Below, piece after piece: positions 1 to 8,098 of a DNA stretch of 8,461 bases. Position numbers and translations under genes: made by a program. The DNA lies in the IMG/VR virus record IMGVR_UViG_2734482553_000012; one strand, 5' to 3'. Origin of the DNA: a virus (taxonomy: Duplodnaviria > Heunggongvirae > Uroviricota > Caudoviricetes). Each line of letters opens with the position of its first letter. The first letter of the stretch is position 1. Below the pieces are notes generated by a model. It searched no databases, was not told the DNA's origin, and worked only from the letters and a program-made list of their open reading frames with translations.

Positions 1-3000
1 CGCCTGCTGGTTCAGATACAGCGTAACGGTGGCTGGGTGACGGAAAAAGACATCACCATTAAGGGCAAAACCACCTCGCAGTATCTGGTCTCGGTGGTGG
101 TGGATAACCTGCCTCCGCGCCCGTTCAGTATCCGGATGCGCAGGATGACACCGGACAGCACCACAGACCAGCTGCAGAACAAAACGCTCTGGTCGTCATA
201 CACCGAAATCATCGATGTGAAACAGTGCTACCCGAACACTGCACTGGTCGGCGTACAGGTGGACTCGGAGCAGTTCGGCAGCCAGCAGGTGAGTCGTAAT
301 TATCATCTTCGCGGGCGCATTCTGCAGGTGCCGTCGAACTATAACCCGCAGACGCGACAATACAGCGGTATCTGGGACGGAACGTTAAAACCAGCATACA
401 GCAACAACATGGCCTGGTGTCTGTGGGATATGCTGACCCACCCGCGCTACGGCATGGGGAAACGTCTTGGTGCGGCGGATGTGGACAAATGGGCGCTGTA
501 TGTCATCGGCCAGTACTGCGACCAGTCAGNNNNNNNNNNNNNNNNNNNNNNNNNNNNNNNNNNNNNNNNNNNNNNNNNNNNNNNNNNNNNNNNNNNNNNN
601 NNNNNNNNNNNNNNNNNNNNNNNNNNNNNNNNNNNNNNNNNNNNNNNNNNNNNNNNNNNNNNNNNNNNNNNNNNNNNNNNNNNNNNNNNNNNNNNNNNNN
701 NNNNNNNNNNNNNNNNNNNNNNNNNNNNNNNNNNNNNNNNNNNNNNNNNNNNNNNNNNNNNNNNNNNNNNNNNNNNNNNNNNNNNNNNNNNNNTGAACTG
801 GATTGACCCGGATAACGGCTGGGAGACGGCGACAGAGCTTGTGGAGGATACGCAGGCCATTGCCCGTTACGGTCGTAACGTCACGAAGATGGATGCTTTT
901 GGCTGTACCAGCCGGGGGCAGGCACACCGCGCCGGGCTGTGGCTGATTAAAACAGAACTGCTGGAAACGCAGACCGTGGACTTCAGCGTGGGCGCAGAAG
1001 GGCTTCGCCATGTGCCGGGCGATGTCATTGAAATCTGTGATGATGACTATGCGGGTATCAGCATCGGCGGGCGCGTGCTGGCGGTAAACAGCCAGACCCG
1101 GACGCTGACGCTCGACCGTGAAATCACGCTGCCATCCTCCGGTACCATGCTGATAAGCCTGGTTGACGGAAGTGGCAATCCGGTCAGCGTGGAGGTTCAG
1201 TCCGTCACCGACGGCGTGAAGGTGAAAGTGAGCCGTGTTCCTGACGGCGTTGCTGAATACAGCGTGTGGGGGCTGAAGCTGCCGACGTTGCGCCAGCGCC
1301 TGTTCCGCTGTGTGAGTANNNNNNNNNNNNNNNNNNNNNNNNNNNNNNNNNNNNNNNNNNNNNNNNNNNNNNNNNNNNNNNNNNNNNNNNNNNNNNNNNN
1401 NNNNNNNNNNNNNNNNNNNNNNNNNNNNNNNNNNNNNNNNNNNNNNNNNNNNNNNNNNNNNNNNNNNNNNNNNNNNNNNNNNNNNNNNNNNNNNNNNNNN
1501 NNNNNNNNNNNNNNNNNNNNNNNNNNNNNNNNNNNNNNNNNNNNNNNNNNNNNNNNNNNNNNNNNNNNNNNNNNNNNNNNNNNNNNNNNNNNNNNNNNNN
1601 NNNNNNNNNNNNNNNNNNNNNNNNNNNNNNNNNNNNNNNNNNNNNNNNNNNNNNNNNNNNNNNNGCTGACAGTCCGGGCGGTAAATGCCTGGGGACAGCA
1701 GGGCGATCCGGCGTCGGTATCGTTCAGGATTGCCGCACCGGTAGCACCGTCGCGGATTGAGCTGACGCCGGGCTATTTTCAGATAACTGCCACGCCGCAT
1801 CTTGCGGTTTATGATCCGACGGTACAGTTTGAGTTCTGGTTCTCGGAAACGCGGATTACCGATATCAGGCAGGTTGAAACCACAGCCCGCTACCTTGGCG
1901 CGGGGCTGTACTGGATAGCCGCCAGTATCAATATCAAACCGGGCCATGATTATTACTTTTATATCCGCAGTGTGAACACCGTTGGCAAATCGGCATTCGT
2001 GGAGGCCGTCGGTCGGGCGAGCGATGATGCGGAAGGTTACCTGGATTTTTTCAAAGGCAAGATAACCGAATCCCATCTCGGTAAAGAGCTGCTGGAAAAA
2101 GTTGATCTGACGGAGGATAACGCCAGCAGACTGGATGAGTTTTCGAAAGAGTGGAAGGACGCTAACGATAAATGGAATGCGATGTGGGGCGTCAAAATTG
2201 AGCAGACCAAAGACGGCAAACATTATGTCGCGGGTATTGGCCTCAGCATGGAGGACACGGAGGAAGGCAAGCTGAGCCAGTTTCTGGTTGCCGCCAATCG
2301 TATCGCGTTTATTGACCCGGCAAACGGGAATGAAACGCCGATGTTTGTGGCGCAGGGCAACCAGATATTCATGAACGACGTGTTCCTGAAGCGCCTGACA
2401 GCCCCCGCCATTACCAGCGGTGGCAGTCCTCCGGTATTTTCCCTGACATCAGACGGAAAGCTGACCGCTAAAAATGCGGATATCAGTGGTAGTGTGAATG
2501 CGAACTCAGGAACGCTCAACAATGTCACGATTAACCAGAACTGTACGATTAAGGGCATGCTGGAGGCGACCCAGGTCAGAGGGGATTTCGTTAAAGCTGT
2601 ATCAAAAGCCTTCCCGAAAAAAGTCGGTACGTGGGGTAACACGGAAACACCAGACGGTACGGTTACAGTCACCATCAGCGATGATCATAACTTTGACCGC
2701 CAGATTATTATTCCGCCCATTATTTTTAACGGTATAGCGTATGACGATCCGGGGAGCGGAAATAACCCGGGAGGCACGCGATACACGGGTTATGGTTTTG
2801 AAGTTCGCAAAAACGGCGTATTAATCGCATCCAGAGAAACTAAAGGTGCCATTCCCGGTAGTTACAGTGCAGTTATTGATATGCCTAGTGGTGGTGGTAG
2901 CGTCACTCTGGAGTTTAAGATTTTCCAGAAAGGCAATCAGGGGGCAGGCAATATCACCGACTGTACGGTGATTGTGACCAAAAAAGCGGCTTCCGGCATC

Positions 3001-3012
3001 AGTATTCGTTGA
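1..3012 (+). CDS. J: Host-specificity / tail tip protein J (central tail fibre), 5'-partial; start lies upstream of the window
   Basis: Seen: one open frame-1 reading frame from base 1 to TGA at 3010-3012 (the ORF track's 37..3012 is the same frame from its first ATG). From memory of lambda J: visible segments such as [128 protein letters not shown] and [59 protein letters not shown] match lambda J closely. Two N-runs fall inside the gene and keep the frame. Confidence 0.95.
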   Translation, partial: RLLVQIQRNGGWVTEKDITIKGKTTSQYLVSVVVDNLPPRPFSIRMRRMTPDSTTDQLQNKTLWSSYTEIIDVKQCYPNTALVGVQVDSEQFGSQQVSRNYHLRGRILQVPSNYNPQTRQYSGIWDGTLKPAYSNNMAWCLWDMLTHPRYGMGKRLGAADVDKWALYVIGQYCDQSXXXXXXXXXXXXXXXXXXXXXXXXXXXXXXXXXXXXXXXXXXXXXXXXXXXXXXXXXXXXXXXXXXXXXXXXXXXXXXXXXXXXXXXXXNWIDPDNGWETATELVEDTQAIARYGRNVTKMDAFGCTSRGQAHRAGLWLIKTELLETQTVDFSVGAEGLRHVPGDVIEICDDDYAGISIGGRVLAVNSQTRTLTLDREITLPSSGTMLISLVDGSGNPVSVEVQSVTDGVKVKVSRVPDGVAEYSVWGLKLPTLRQRLFRCVSXXXXXXXXXXXXXXXXXXXXXXXXXXXXXXXXXXXXXXXXXXXXXXXXXXXXXXXXXXXXXXXXXXXXXXXXXXXXXXXXXXXXXXXXXXXXXXXXXXXXXXXXXXXXXXXXXXXXLTVRAVNAWGQQGDPASVSFRIAAPVAPSRIELTPGYFQITATPHLAVYDPTVQFEFWFSETRITDIRQVETTARYLGAGLYWIAASINIKPGHDYYFYIRSVNTVGKSAFVEAVGRASDDAEGYLDFFKGKITESHLGKELLEKVDLTEDNASRLDEFSKEWKDANDKWNAMWGVKIEQTKDGKHYVAGIGLSMEDTEEGKLSQFLVAANRIAFIDPANGNETPMFVAQGNQIFMNDVFLKRLTAPAITSGGSPPVFSLTSDGKLTAKNADISGSVNANSGTLNNVTINQNCTIKGMLEATQVRGDFVKAVSKAFPKKVGTWGNTETPDGTVTVTISDDHNFDRQIIIPPIIFNGIAYDDPGSGNNPGGTRYTGYGFEVRKNGVLIASRETKGAIPGSYSAVIDMPSGGGSVTLEFKIFQKGNQGAGNITDCTVIVTKKAASGISIR
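530..793. other. Run of 264 N (masked or unresolved sequence) inside J
   Basis: Seen: uninterrupted n characters. Length is a multiple of 3 and the J frame is the same on both sides; the hidden span (88 codons) matches the distance between the flanking motifs (QYCDQS ... [10 protein letters not shown]) as I recall them in lambda J, so the masking appears length-preserving. Confidence 0.99.
1319..1664. other. Run of 346 N (masked or unresolved sequence) inside J
   Basis: Seen: uninterrupted n characters. Together with the partial codons at 1318 and 1665 it spans 116 codons; the J frame is positionally conserved across it (CVS before, [12 protein letters not shown] after). Confidence 0.99.
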
Positions 3013-3034
3013 AATATTTATAACCCCAATAAAT

Positions 3035-3061
3035 GGCGTCAGGAATGACGCCTTTTTTATT
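3035..3061 (+). terminator. Putative rho-independent terminator downstream of J
   Basis: Seen: inverted repeat GGCGTCA (3035-3041) / TGACGCC (3046-3052) with a 4-nt loop GGAA, followed directly by TTTTTTATT (3053-3061), 23 nt after the J stop. Confidence 0.6.
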
Positions 3062-3082
3062 GCAGAAAAGCGAGAGGTAATT

Positions 3083-3893
3083 ATGCGTAAAGTTTGTGCA
3101 GCCATTTTGTCCGCAGCCATTTGCCTGGCCGTATCCGGTGCGCCTGCATGGGCGTCTGAACATCAGTCCACGCTGAGCGCGGGGTATCTTCATGCCCGGA
3201 CCAACGTTCCCGGCAGTGATGATCTGAACGGGATTAACGTGAAATACCGTTATGAGTTTACGGATACGCTGGGGCTGGTGACGTCATTCAGCTATGCAGG
3301 AGACAAGAATCGCCAGCTGACCCGTTACAGCGATACCCGCTGGCATGAAGATTCCGTGCGTAACCGCTGGTTCAGCGTGATGGCGGGGCCGTCTGTGCGC
3401 GTGAATGAATGGTTCAGCGCGTATGCGATGGCGGGTGTGGCTTACAGCCGTGTGTCGACTTTCTCCGGGGATTATCTCCGCGTAACTGACAACAAGGGGA
3501 AAACGCACGACGTGCTGACCGGAAGTGATGACGGTCGCCACAGCAACACGTCTCTGGCGTGGGGAGCTGGCGTGCAGTTTAACCCGACCGAATCCGTGGC
3601 CATTGATATTGCTTATGAAGGCTCCGGCAGTGGCGACTGGCGCACTGACGGTTTCATCGTGGGTGNNNNNNNNNNNNNNNNNNNNNNNNNNNNNNNNNNN
3701 NNNNNNNNNNNNNNNNNNNNNNNNNNNNNNNNNNNNNNNNNNNNNNNNNNNNNNNNNNNNNNNNNNNNNNNNNNNNNNNNNNNNNNNNNNNNNNNNNNNN
3801 NNNNNNNNNNNNNNNNNNNNNNNNNNNNNNNNNNNNNNNNNNNNNNNNNNNNNNNNNGACGGTTTCATCGTGGGTGTCGGTTATAAATTCTGA
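3083..3893 (+). CDS. lom: Lom outer-membrane protein (Ail/Lom/PagC/OmpX family of 8-stranded beta-barrels); reading frame as given is broken near the 3' end by an N-run plus a 19-bp duplication
   Basis: Seen: ATG at 3083 preceded by GAGAGG (3072-3077); N-terminus MRKVCAAILSAAICLAVSGAPAWA-SEHQ looks like a signal peptide. From memory: the visible translation (HQSTLSAGYLHARTNVPGSDDLNGINVKYRYEFTDTLGLVTSFSYAGDKNRQLTRYSDTRWHEDSVRNRWFSVMAGPSVRVNEWFSAYAMAGVAYSRV...DWRTDGFIVG) matches lambda Lom almost residue for residue. Seen: the last codons GVGYKF-TGA (stop 3891-3893) sit in a different positional frame (start mod 3 = 0, versus 2 for the start codon) after the N-run. Confidence 0.85.
3647..3876. 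repeat. 19-bp perfect direct repeat GACGGTTTCATCGTGGGTG (3647-3665 and 3858-3876) flanking a 192-nt N-run inside lom
   Basis: Seen: the identical 19-mer immediately precedes and follows the N-run. N-run plus one repeat copy is 211 nt (not a multiple of 3), which accounts for the lom frameshift. Removing those 211 nt would restore an uninterrupted lom ending ...DGFIVGVGYKF. Confidence 0.9.
3666..3857. other. Run of 192 N (masked or unresolved sequence) inside lom
   Basis: Seen: uninterrupted n characters bounded by the 19-bp direct repeat. Confidence 0.99.
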
Positions 3894-3919
3894 TTAGCCA
3901 GGTAACACAGTGTTATGAC

Positions 3920-3947
3920 AGCCCGCCGGTTCAGGCGGGCTTTTTTG
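3920..3947 (+). terminator. Putative rho-independent terminator downstream of lom
   Basis: Seen: AGCCCGCC (3920-3927) / GGCGGGCT (3934-3941) form a perfect 8-bp GC-rich stem with a 6-nt loop, followed by a T-run (3941-3946), 27 nt after the lom stop. Confidence 0.7.
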
Positions 3948-3957
3948 TGGGGTGAAT

Positions 3958-6900
3958 ATGGCAGTAAAGATTTCAGGTGTACTGAAAGACGGCACAGGAA
4001 AACCGGTACAGAACTGCACAATCCAGCTGAAAGCAAAACGTAACAGCACCACGGTGGTGGTGAACACGCTGGCCTCAGAAAATCCGGATGAAGCCGGGCG
4101 TTACAGCATGGACGTTGAGTACGGTCAGTACAGCGTTATTCTGTTGGTGGAAGGATTCCCGCCGTCACATGCCGGGACCATCACCGTGTATGAAGATTCC
4201 CGACCCGGTACGCTGAATGATTTTCTCGGTGCCATGACGGAGGATGATGCCCGTCCGGAGGCACTGCGCCGTTTTGAGCTGATGGTGGAAGAGGTGGCGC
4301 GTAACGCGTCCGCGGTGGCACAGAACACGGCAGCCGCGAAGAAATCAGCCAGCGATGCCAGCACATCAGCCCGTGAGGCGGCAACCCATGCGACTGATGC
4401 TGCAGATTCAGCACGTGCAGCCAGCACGTCAGCCGGACAGGCCGCTTCGTCGGCTCAGTCAGCGTCTTCCAGCGCAGGAACGGCATCAACAAAGGCCACT
4501 GAAGCCTCAAAAAGTGCTGCCGCTGCAGAGTCCTCAAAAAGCGCGGCGGCTACCAGTGCCGGTGCGGCGAAAACGTTAGAAACGAATGCGGCAGCGTCAC
4601 AACAATCAGCAGCCACTTCTGCATCCACCGCGACCACGAAAGCGTCAGAAGCTGCCACCTCAGCCCGGGATGCGTCGGCTTCAAAAGAGGCGGCAAAATC
4701 ATCAGAAACGAACGCATCATCAAGCGCCAGTAGCGCAGCTTCCTCGGCGACGGCGGCTGCAAATTCTGCGAAGGCGGCCAAAACGTCCGAGACGAACGCC
4801 AGGTCTTCTGAAACGGCAGCGGGACAGAGTGCCTCAGCTGCGGCAGGCTCAAAAACAGCGGCTGCGTCGTCTGCCAGCGCCGCGTCAACAAGTGCCGGGC
4901 AGGCCTCAGCCAGTGCCACCGCCGCCGGAAAATCGGCAGAAAGCGCCGCATCATCCGCTTCAACAGCCACAACGAAGGCTGGCGAAGCCACTGAGCAGGC
5001 CACGGCAGCAGCGAGGTCAGCTTCCGCAGCGAAGACATCCGAAACGAACGCGAAAGCGTCGGAAACCCGTGCAGAATCCTCAAAAACGGCTGCCGCATCG
5101 TCCGCCAGTTCGGCGGCGTCATCGGCATCATCGGCGTCTGCTTCAAAAGATGAGGCGACCAGACAGGCGTCAGCAGCGAAGGGCAGCGCCACGACGGCAT
5201 CCACGAAGGCGACAGAGGCTGCTGGTAGTGCGACGGCAGCAGCTCAGAGCAAAAGTACGGCGGAATCTGCAGCAACGCGCGCTGAGACAGCGGCAAAACG
5301 GGCAGAGGATATTGCATCCGCCGTGGCGCTTGAGGATGCGAGCACGACGAAAAAGGGGATAGTACAGCTCAGTAGTGCGACTAACAGCACTTCCGAGTCA
5401 CTGGCGGCAACACCAAAAGCCGTTAAGGCCGCGTATGACCTGGCTAACGGGAAATACACCGCACAGGATGCAACGACAGCACAGAAAGGGATAATCCAGC
5501 TAAGCAGCGCGACCAACAGCACGTCTGAAACGCTGGCGGCAACGCCAAAGGCAGTAAAAGCAGCCAATGACAATGCTGAGAAACGTCTGCAGAAAGATCA
5601 GAACGGTGCGGATATCCCTGGCAAAGACACCTTTACGAAAAATATTGGTGCCTGCCGTGCCTTCGGTGGGTCAGTAAGCACAACAACAGGAAACTGGACG
5701 ACTGCACAGTTTATCGAGTGGCTGGATTCTCAGGGAGCATTTAACCATCCATACTGGATGTGCAAGGGTTCCTGGTCTTATGGCAATAATAAAATCATTA
5801 CTGATACTGGCTGCGGTAATATTCATCTCGCCGGAGCTGTCATTGAAGTAATGGGGATAAAGTCAGCGATGACGATCCGCATTACCACTCCGACCACATC
5901 CAGCGGTGGCGGAACAACCAACGCCCAGTTTACCTATATTAATCACGGAACAGATTATTCACCTGGCTGGCGAAGGGACTATAACTCCAGAAATAAGCCA
6001 ACGGCATCAGAGATCGGGGCGCTACCGTCAGGTGGAACAGCAGTATCATCAGTTAATCTGGCTTCAAAAGGTCGGGTAGCCGCGCTGACAGACAATACGC
6101 AGGGGGCAGCAGGTCTTGAGTTATACGAGGTGTATAACAACGGATATCCAACAGCGTATGGAAATATCATTCACCTGAAAGGGATGACAGCCGTTGGCGA
6201 AGGTGAGTTACTCATCGGCTGGAGTGGTACAAGCGGTGCTCATGCTCCGGCATTTATTCGTTCACGACGGGATACGACCGACGCAAACTGGTCGCCGTGG
6301 GCGCAGCTTTACACCTCGGCTCATCCTCCTGCAGAGTTTTATCCAGTCGGTGCACCAATCCCGTGGCCATCAGATACCGTTCCGTCTGGTTATGCCCTGA
6401 TGCAGGGGCAGACTTTTGACAAATCTGCTTACCCGAAACTTGCAGCCGCTTATCCGTCAGGCGTGATCCCTGATATGCGTGGCTGGACGATTAAGGGCAA
6501 GCCCGCCAGTGGTCGTGCCGTATTGTCTCAGGAACAGGATGGCATTAAATCGCACACCCACAGCGCCAGCGCATCCAGTACGGATTTGGGGACGAAAACC
6601 ACATCGTCGTTTGATTACGGCACTAAATCCACGAATAACACCGGGGCGCATACGCACAGTCTGAGCGGCTCTACAAGTTCAGCTGGGGCCCACCAACATA
6701 GTCAGACTGGGCCCAGAACGAATAGCGGGAGTCAACCTACTGGAATGTTTCCGGCAGGGAGTACTCAAGTTAGCGGGACTAATCAGGTTGGTATCAGTGG
6801 CTCATTAACCAGTGGCACCTCCCAATGGGTAGGTAAATCATCTTCAGAAGGAAACCATACACACTCACTGTCCGGCACAGCAGCATCTGCGGGTGCACAC

Positions 6901-7041
6901 GCGCATACTGTCGGTATTGGTGCTCATACGCACTCTGTTGCGATTGGTTCACATGGACACACCATCACCGTTAACGCTGCTGGTAACGCGGAAAACACCG
7001 TCAAAAACATCGCATTTAACTATATTGTGAGGCTCGCATAA
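3958..7041 (+). CDS. stf: Side tail fibre protein (Stf-like), about 1027 aa, mosaic: lambda-Stf-like N-terminus, expanded Ala/Ser-rich shaft, tandem tail-fibre repeats, a non-lambda central module and a lambda-Stf-like His-rich C-terminal tip
   Basis: Seen: frame-1 ORF ending at TAA 7039-7041; the ORF track starts at GTG 3952, but ATG 3958 gives [26 protein letters not shown], which matches the lambda Stf N-terminus from memory; GGGGTG lies just upstream. From memory: the C-terminal ~230 residues (GAPIPWPSD...[34 protein letters not shown]...[31 protein letters not shown]) match lambda Stf. Choice of start codon is inference. Confidence 0.92.
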   Translation: MAVKISGVLKDGTGKPVQNCTIQLKAKRNSTTVVVNTLASENPDEAGRYSMDVEYGQYSVILLVEGFPPSHAGTITVYEDSRPGTLNDFLGAMTEDDARPEALRRFELMVEEVARNASAVAQNTAAAKKSASDASTSAREAATHATDAADSARAASTSAGQAASSAQSASSSAGTASTKATEASKSAAAAESSKSAAATSAGAAKTLETNAAASQQSAATSASTATTKASEAATSARDASASKEAAKSSETNASSSASSAASSATAAANSAKAAKTSETNARSSETAAGQSASAAAGSKTAAASSASAASTSAGQASASATAAGKSAESAASSASTATTKAGEATEQATAAARSASAAKTSETNAKASETRAESSKTAAASSASSAASSASSASASKDEATRQASAAKGSATTASTKATEAAGSATAAAQSKSTAESAATRAETAAKRAEDIASAVALEDASTTKKGIVQLSSATNSTSESLAATPKAVKAAYDLANGKYTAQDATTAQKGIIQLSSATNSTSETLAATPKAVKAANDNAEKRLQKDQNGADIPGKDTFTKNIGACRAFGGSVSTTTGNWTTAQFIEWLDSQGAFNHPYWMCKGSWSYGNNKIITDTGCGNIHLAGAVIEVMGIKSAMTIRITTPTTSSGGGTTNAQFTYINHGTDYSPGWRRDYNSRNKPTASEIGALPSGGTAVSSVNLASKGRVAALTDNTQGAAGLELYEVYNNGYPTAYGNIIHLKGMTAVGEGELLIGWSGTSGAHAPAFIRSRRDTTDANWSPWAQLYTSAHPPAEFYPVGAPIPWPSDTVPSGYALMQGQTFDKSAYPKLAAAYPSGVIPDMRGWTIKGKPASGRAVLSQEQDGIKSHTHSASASSTDLGTKTTSSFDYGTKSTNNTGAHTHSLSGSTSSAGAHQHSQTGPRTNSGSQPTGMFPAGSTQVSGTNQVGISGSLTSGTSQWVGKSSSEGNHTHSLSGTAASAGAHAHTVGIGAHTHSVAIGSHGHTITVNAAGNAENTVKNIAFNYIVRLA
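4290..5340 (+). repeat. Ala/Ser/Thr-rich low-complexity, internally repetitive region of stf (about 350 codons)
   Basis: Seen: translation is dominated by A, S, T, K, E with recurring motifs ([44 protein letters not shown]) and the DNA is GC-rich and self-similar. Both antisense frames and an alternative sense frame stay open across it (ORF-track entries 4455..5204 -, 4550..5317 -, 4586..5362 +), a typical low-complexity artefact. Confidence 0.85.
5353..5571 (+). repeat. Tandem duplication of a phage tail-fibre repeat motif inside stf (period 132 nt / 44 aa)
   Basis: Seen: [29 protein letters not shown] (5353-5439) and [29 protein letters not shown] (5485-5571) are nearly identical at the protein level, while the DNA copies differ at many synonymous positions (e.g. 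CAGCTCAGTAGTGCGACTAACAGCACTTCC vs CAGCTAAGCAGCGCGACCAACAGCACGTCT). The motif resembles the conserved phage tail-fibre repeat found in T-even and lambdoid fibres (recollection). Confidence 0.85.
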
Positions 7042-7622
7042 TGGCATTCAGAATGAGTGAACAAGCACGGACCATAAAAATTTATAACCTGCTGGCCGGA
7101 ACTAATGAATTTATTGGTGAAGGTGACGCATATATTCCGCCTCATACAGGTCTGCCTGCAAACAGTACCGATATTGCACCGCCAGATATTCCGGCTGGTT
7201 TCGTGGCTGTTTTCAACAGTGATGAGTCATCGTGGCATCTCGTTGAAGATCATCGGGGTAAAACGGTTTATGACGTGGCTTCCGGCGACGCGTTATTTAT
7301 TTCTGAACTCGGCTCATTACCGGAAAATGTCACCTGGTTATCCCCGGAAGGGGAGTTTCAGAAGTGGAACGGCACAGCCTGGGTGAAGGATACGGAAGCA
7401 GAAAAACTGTTCCGGATCCGGGAGGCGGAAGAAACAAAAAACAGCCTGATGCAGGTAGCCAGTGAGCATATAGCGCCGCTTCAGGATGCTGTGGATCTGG
7501 AGATCGCAACGGAGAAAGAAACCTTGTTGCTGGAAGCTTGGAAAAAGTATCGGGTGTTGCTGAACCGTGTTGATACATCAACTGCACCGGATATTGAATG
7601 GCCAGTAGCACCTATAGGGTAA
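7041..7622 (+). CDS. tfa: Tail fibre assembly protein (Tfa chaperone)
   Basis: Seen: ORF from ATG 7041-7043 to TAA 7620-7622; its start overlaps the stf stop by one base (TAATG at 7039-7043). From memory: translation [62 protein letters not shown]...[26 protein letters not shown] matches lambda Tfa very closely. Confidence 0.93.
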   Translation: MAFRMSEQARTIKIYNLLAGTNEFIGEGDAYIPPHTGLPANSTDIAPPDIPAGFVAVFNSDESSWHLVEDHRGKTVYDVASGDALFISELGSLPENVTWLSPEGEFQKWNGTAWVKDTEAEKLFRIREAEETKNSLMQVASEHIAPLQDAVDLEIATEKETLLLEAWKKYRVLLNRVDTSTAPDIEWPVAPIG

Positions 7623-7705
7623 ATTCGTAATGATTACCTAAATACGTTATTCTTTTGTTAAAAAAGTGATTTTGCTATAGGTAGGGAGTATGTTCTTGGA
7701 TTAAG

Positions 7706-7738
7706 AATAAAAAATCGCCATGAAAGAGCTTCATGGCG
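7706..7738 (-). terminator. Putative rho-independent terminator readable on the minus strand
   Basis: Seen: perfect 9-bp inverted repeat CGCCATGAA (7716-7724) / TTCATGGCG (7730-7738) with a 5-nt loop; on the + strand it is preceded by AATAAAAAAT (7706-7715), so on the minus strand the hairpin is followed by ATTTTTTATT. No T-run follows it on the + strand. Confidence 0.45.
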
Positions 7739-8068
7739 AGTACATAAACGTACAAAATGTGATGAAAGTAGAGTGGCGTAAGCCACTATATTAAGATATG
7801 ACAATAGCGAAGAAAAGTAAATAACATTTTATGGACGTTTAATTGTTAATTATAAAAACTAGAGTGCCCGATATTGTTTATCTTGCTTTAAAATAATGTA
7901 CTCAAACCAAATTTTTGAGCTAAAAGCTCAAATAATATAAATGCAATAATAATGTTTAATAAGACAATTAGCTTGCTTTGTATTTTCATTTCGGAATACT
8001 GTTAAGTAACTTTGATGACCCTAACAATAGATCGGAATTTTCTTAGAGTCAATGGTCACTGTTTTTGC

Positions 8069-8098
8069 TTGCAAAGCAAATGTTTTGGTGGTTATAAG
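8069..8098 (+). promoter_or_regulatory. Sigma70-like promoter candidate (TTGCAA - 18 bp - TATAAG)
   Basis: Seen: TTGCAA at 8069-8074 and TATAAG at 8093-8098, separated by 18 bp, in AT-rich DNA. Pattern match only; AT-rich sequence produces many such matches by chance. Confidence 0.2.

Noticed and set aside
526-2223. 565-aa ORF on the minus strand antisense to J
   Set aside because: It is held open largely by two N-runs translated as X and lies entirely antisense within the well-supported J coding sequence; no start context, no recognisable protein.
3284-3868. 194-aa minus-strand ORF antisense to lom
   Set aside because: Antisense to a well-supported gene and extended by the N-run; no independent support.
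3952-3957. GTG at 3952 as the stf start codon (ORF-track start, giving MNMAVK...)
   Set aside because: ATG at 3958 gives [12 protein letters not shown], matching the lambda Stf N-terminus as I recall it, with a G-rich Shine-Dalgarno-like element just upstream; the GTG would overlap that element.
4455-5362. Long ORFs overlapping stf in other frames (4455..5204 -, 4550..5317 -, 4586..5362 +), including an Arg/Pro/Gln-rich 258-aa product
   Set aside because: They coincide exactly with the GC-rich Ala/Ser-rich repeat region of stf, where compositional bias removes stop codons in several frames; the translations are low-complexity and the real gene in frame 1 is strongly supported.
7105-7611. ORFs 7105..7386 (+) and 7330..7611 (-) overlapping tfa
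   Set aside because: Alternative-frame and antisense ORFs fully inside tfa, whose frame-0 translation matches lambda Tfa.
7720-7794. 24-codon ORF (MKELHGEYINVQNVMKVEWRKPLY) in the AT-rich region
   Set aside because: Its start codon sits inside the 7716-7738 hairpin, there is no convincing ribosome-binding site, and ORFs of this size are expected by chance; the hairpin itself is the better-supported feature.
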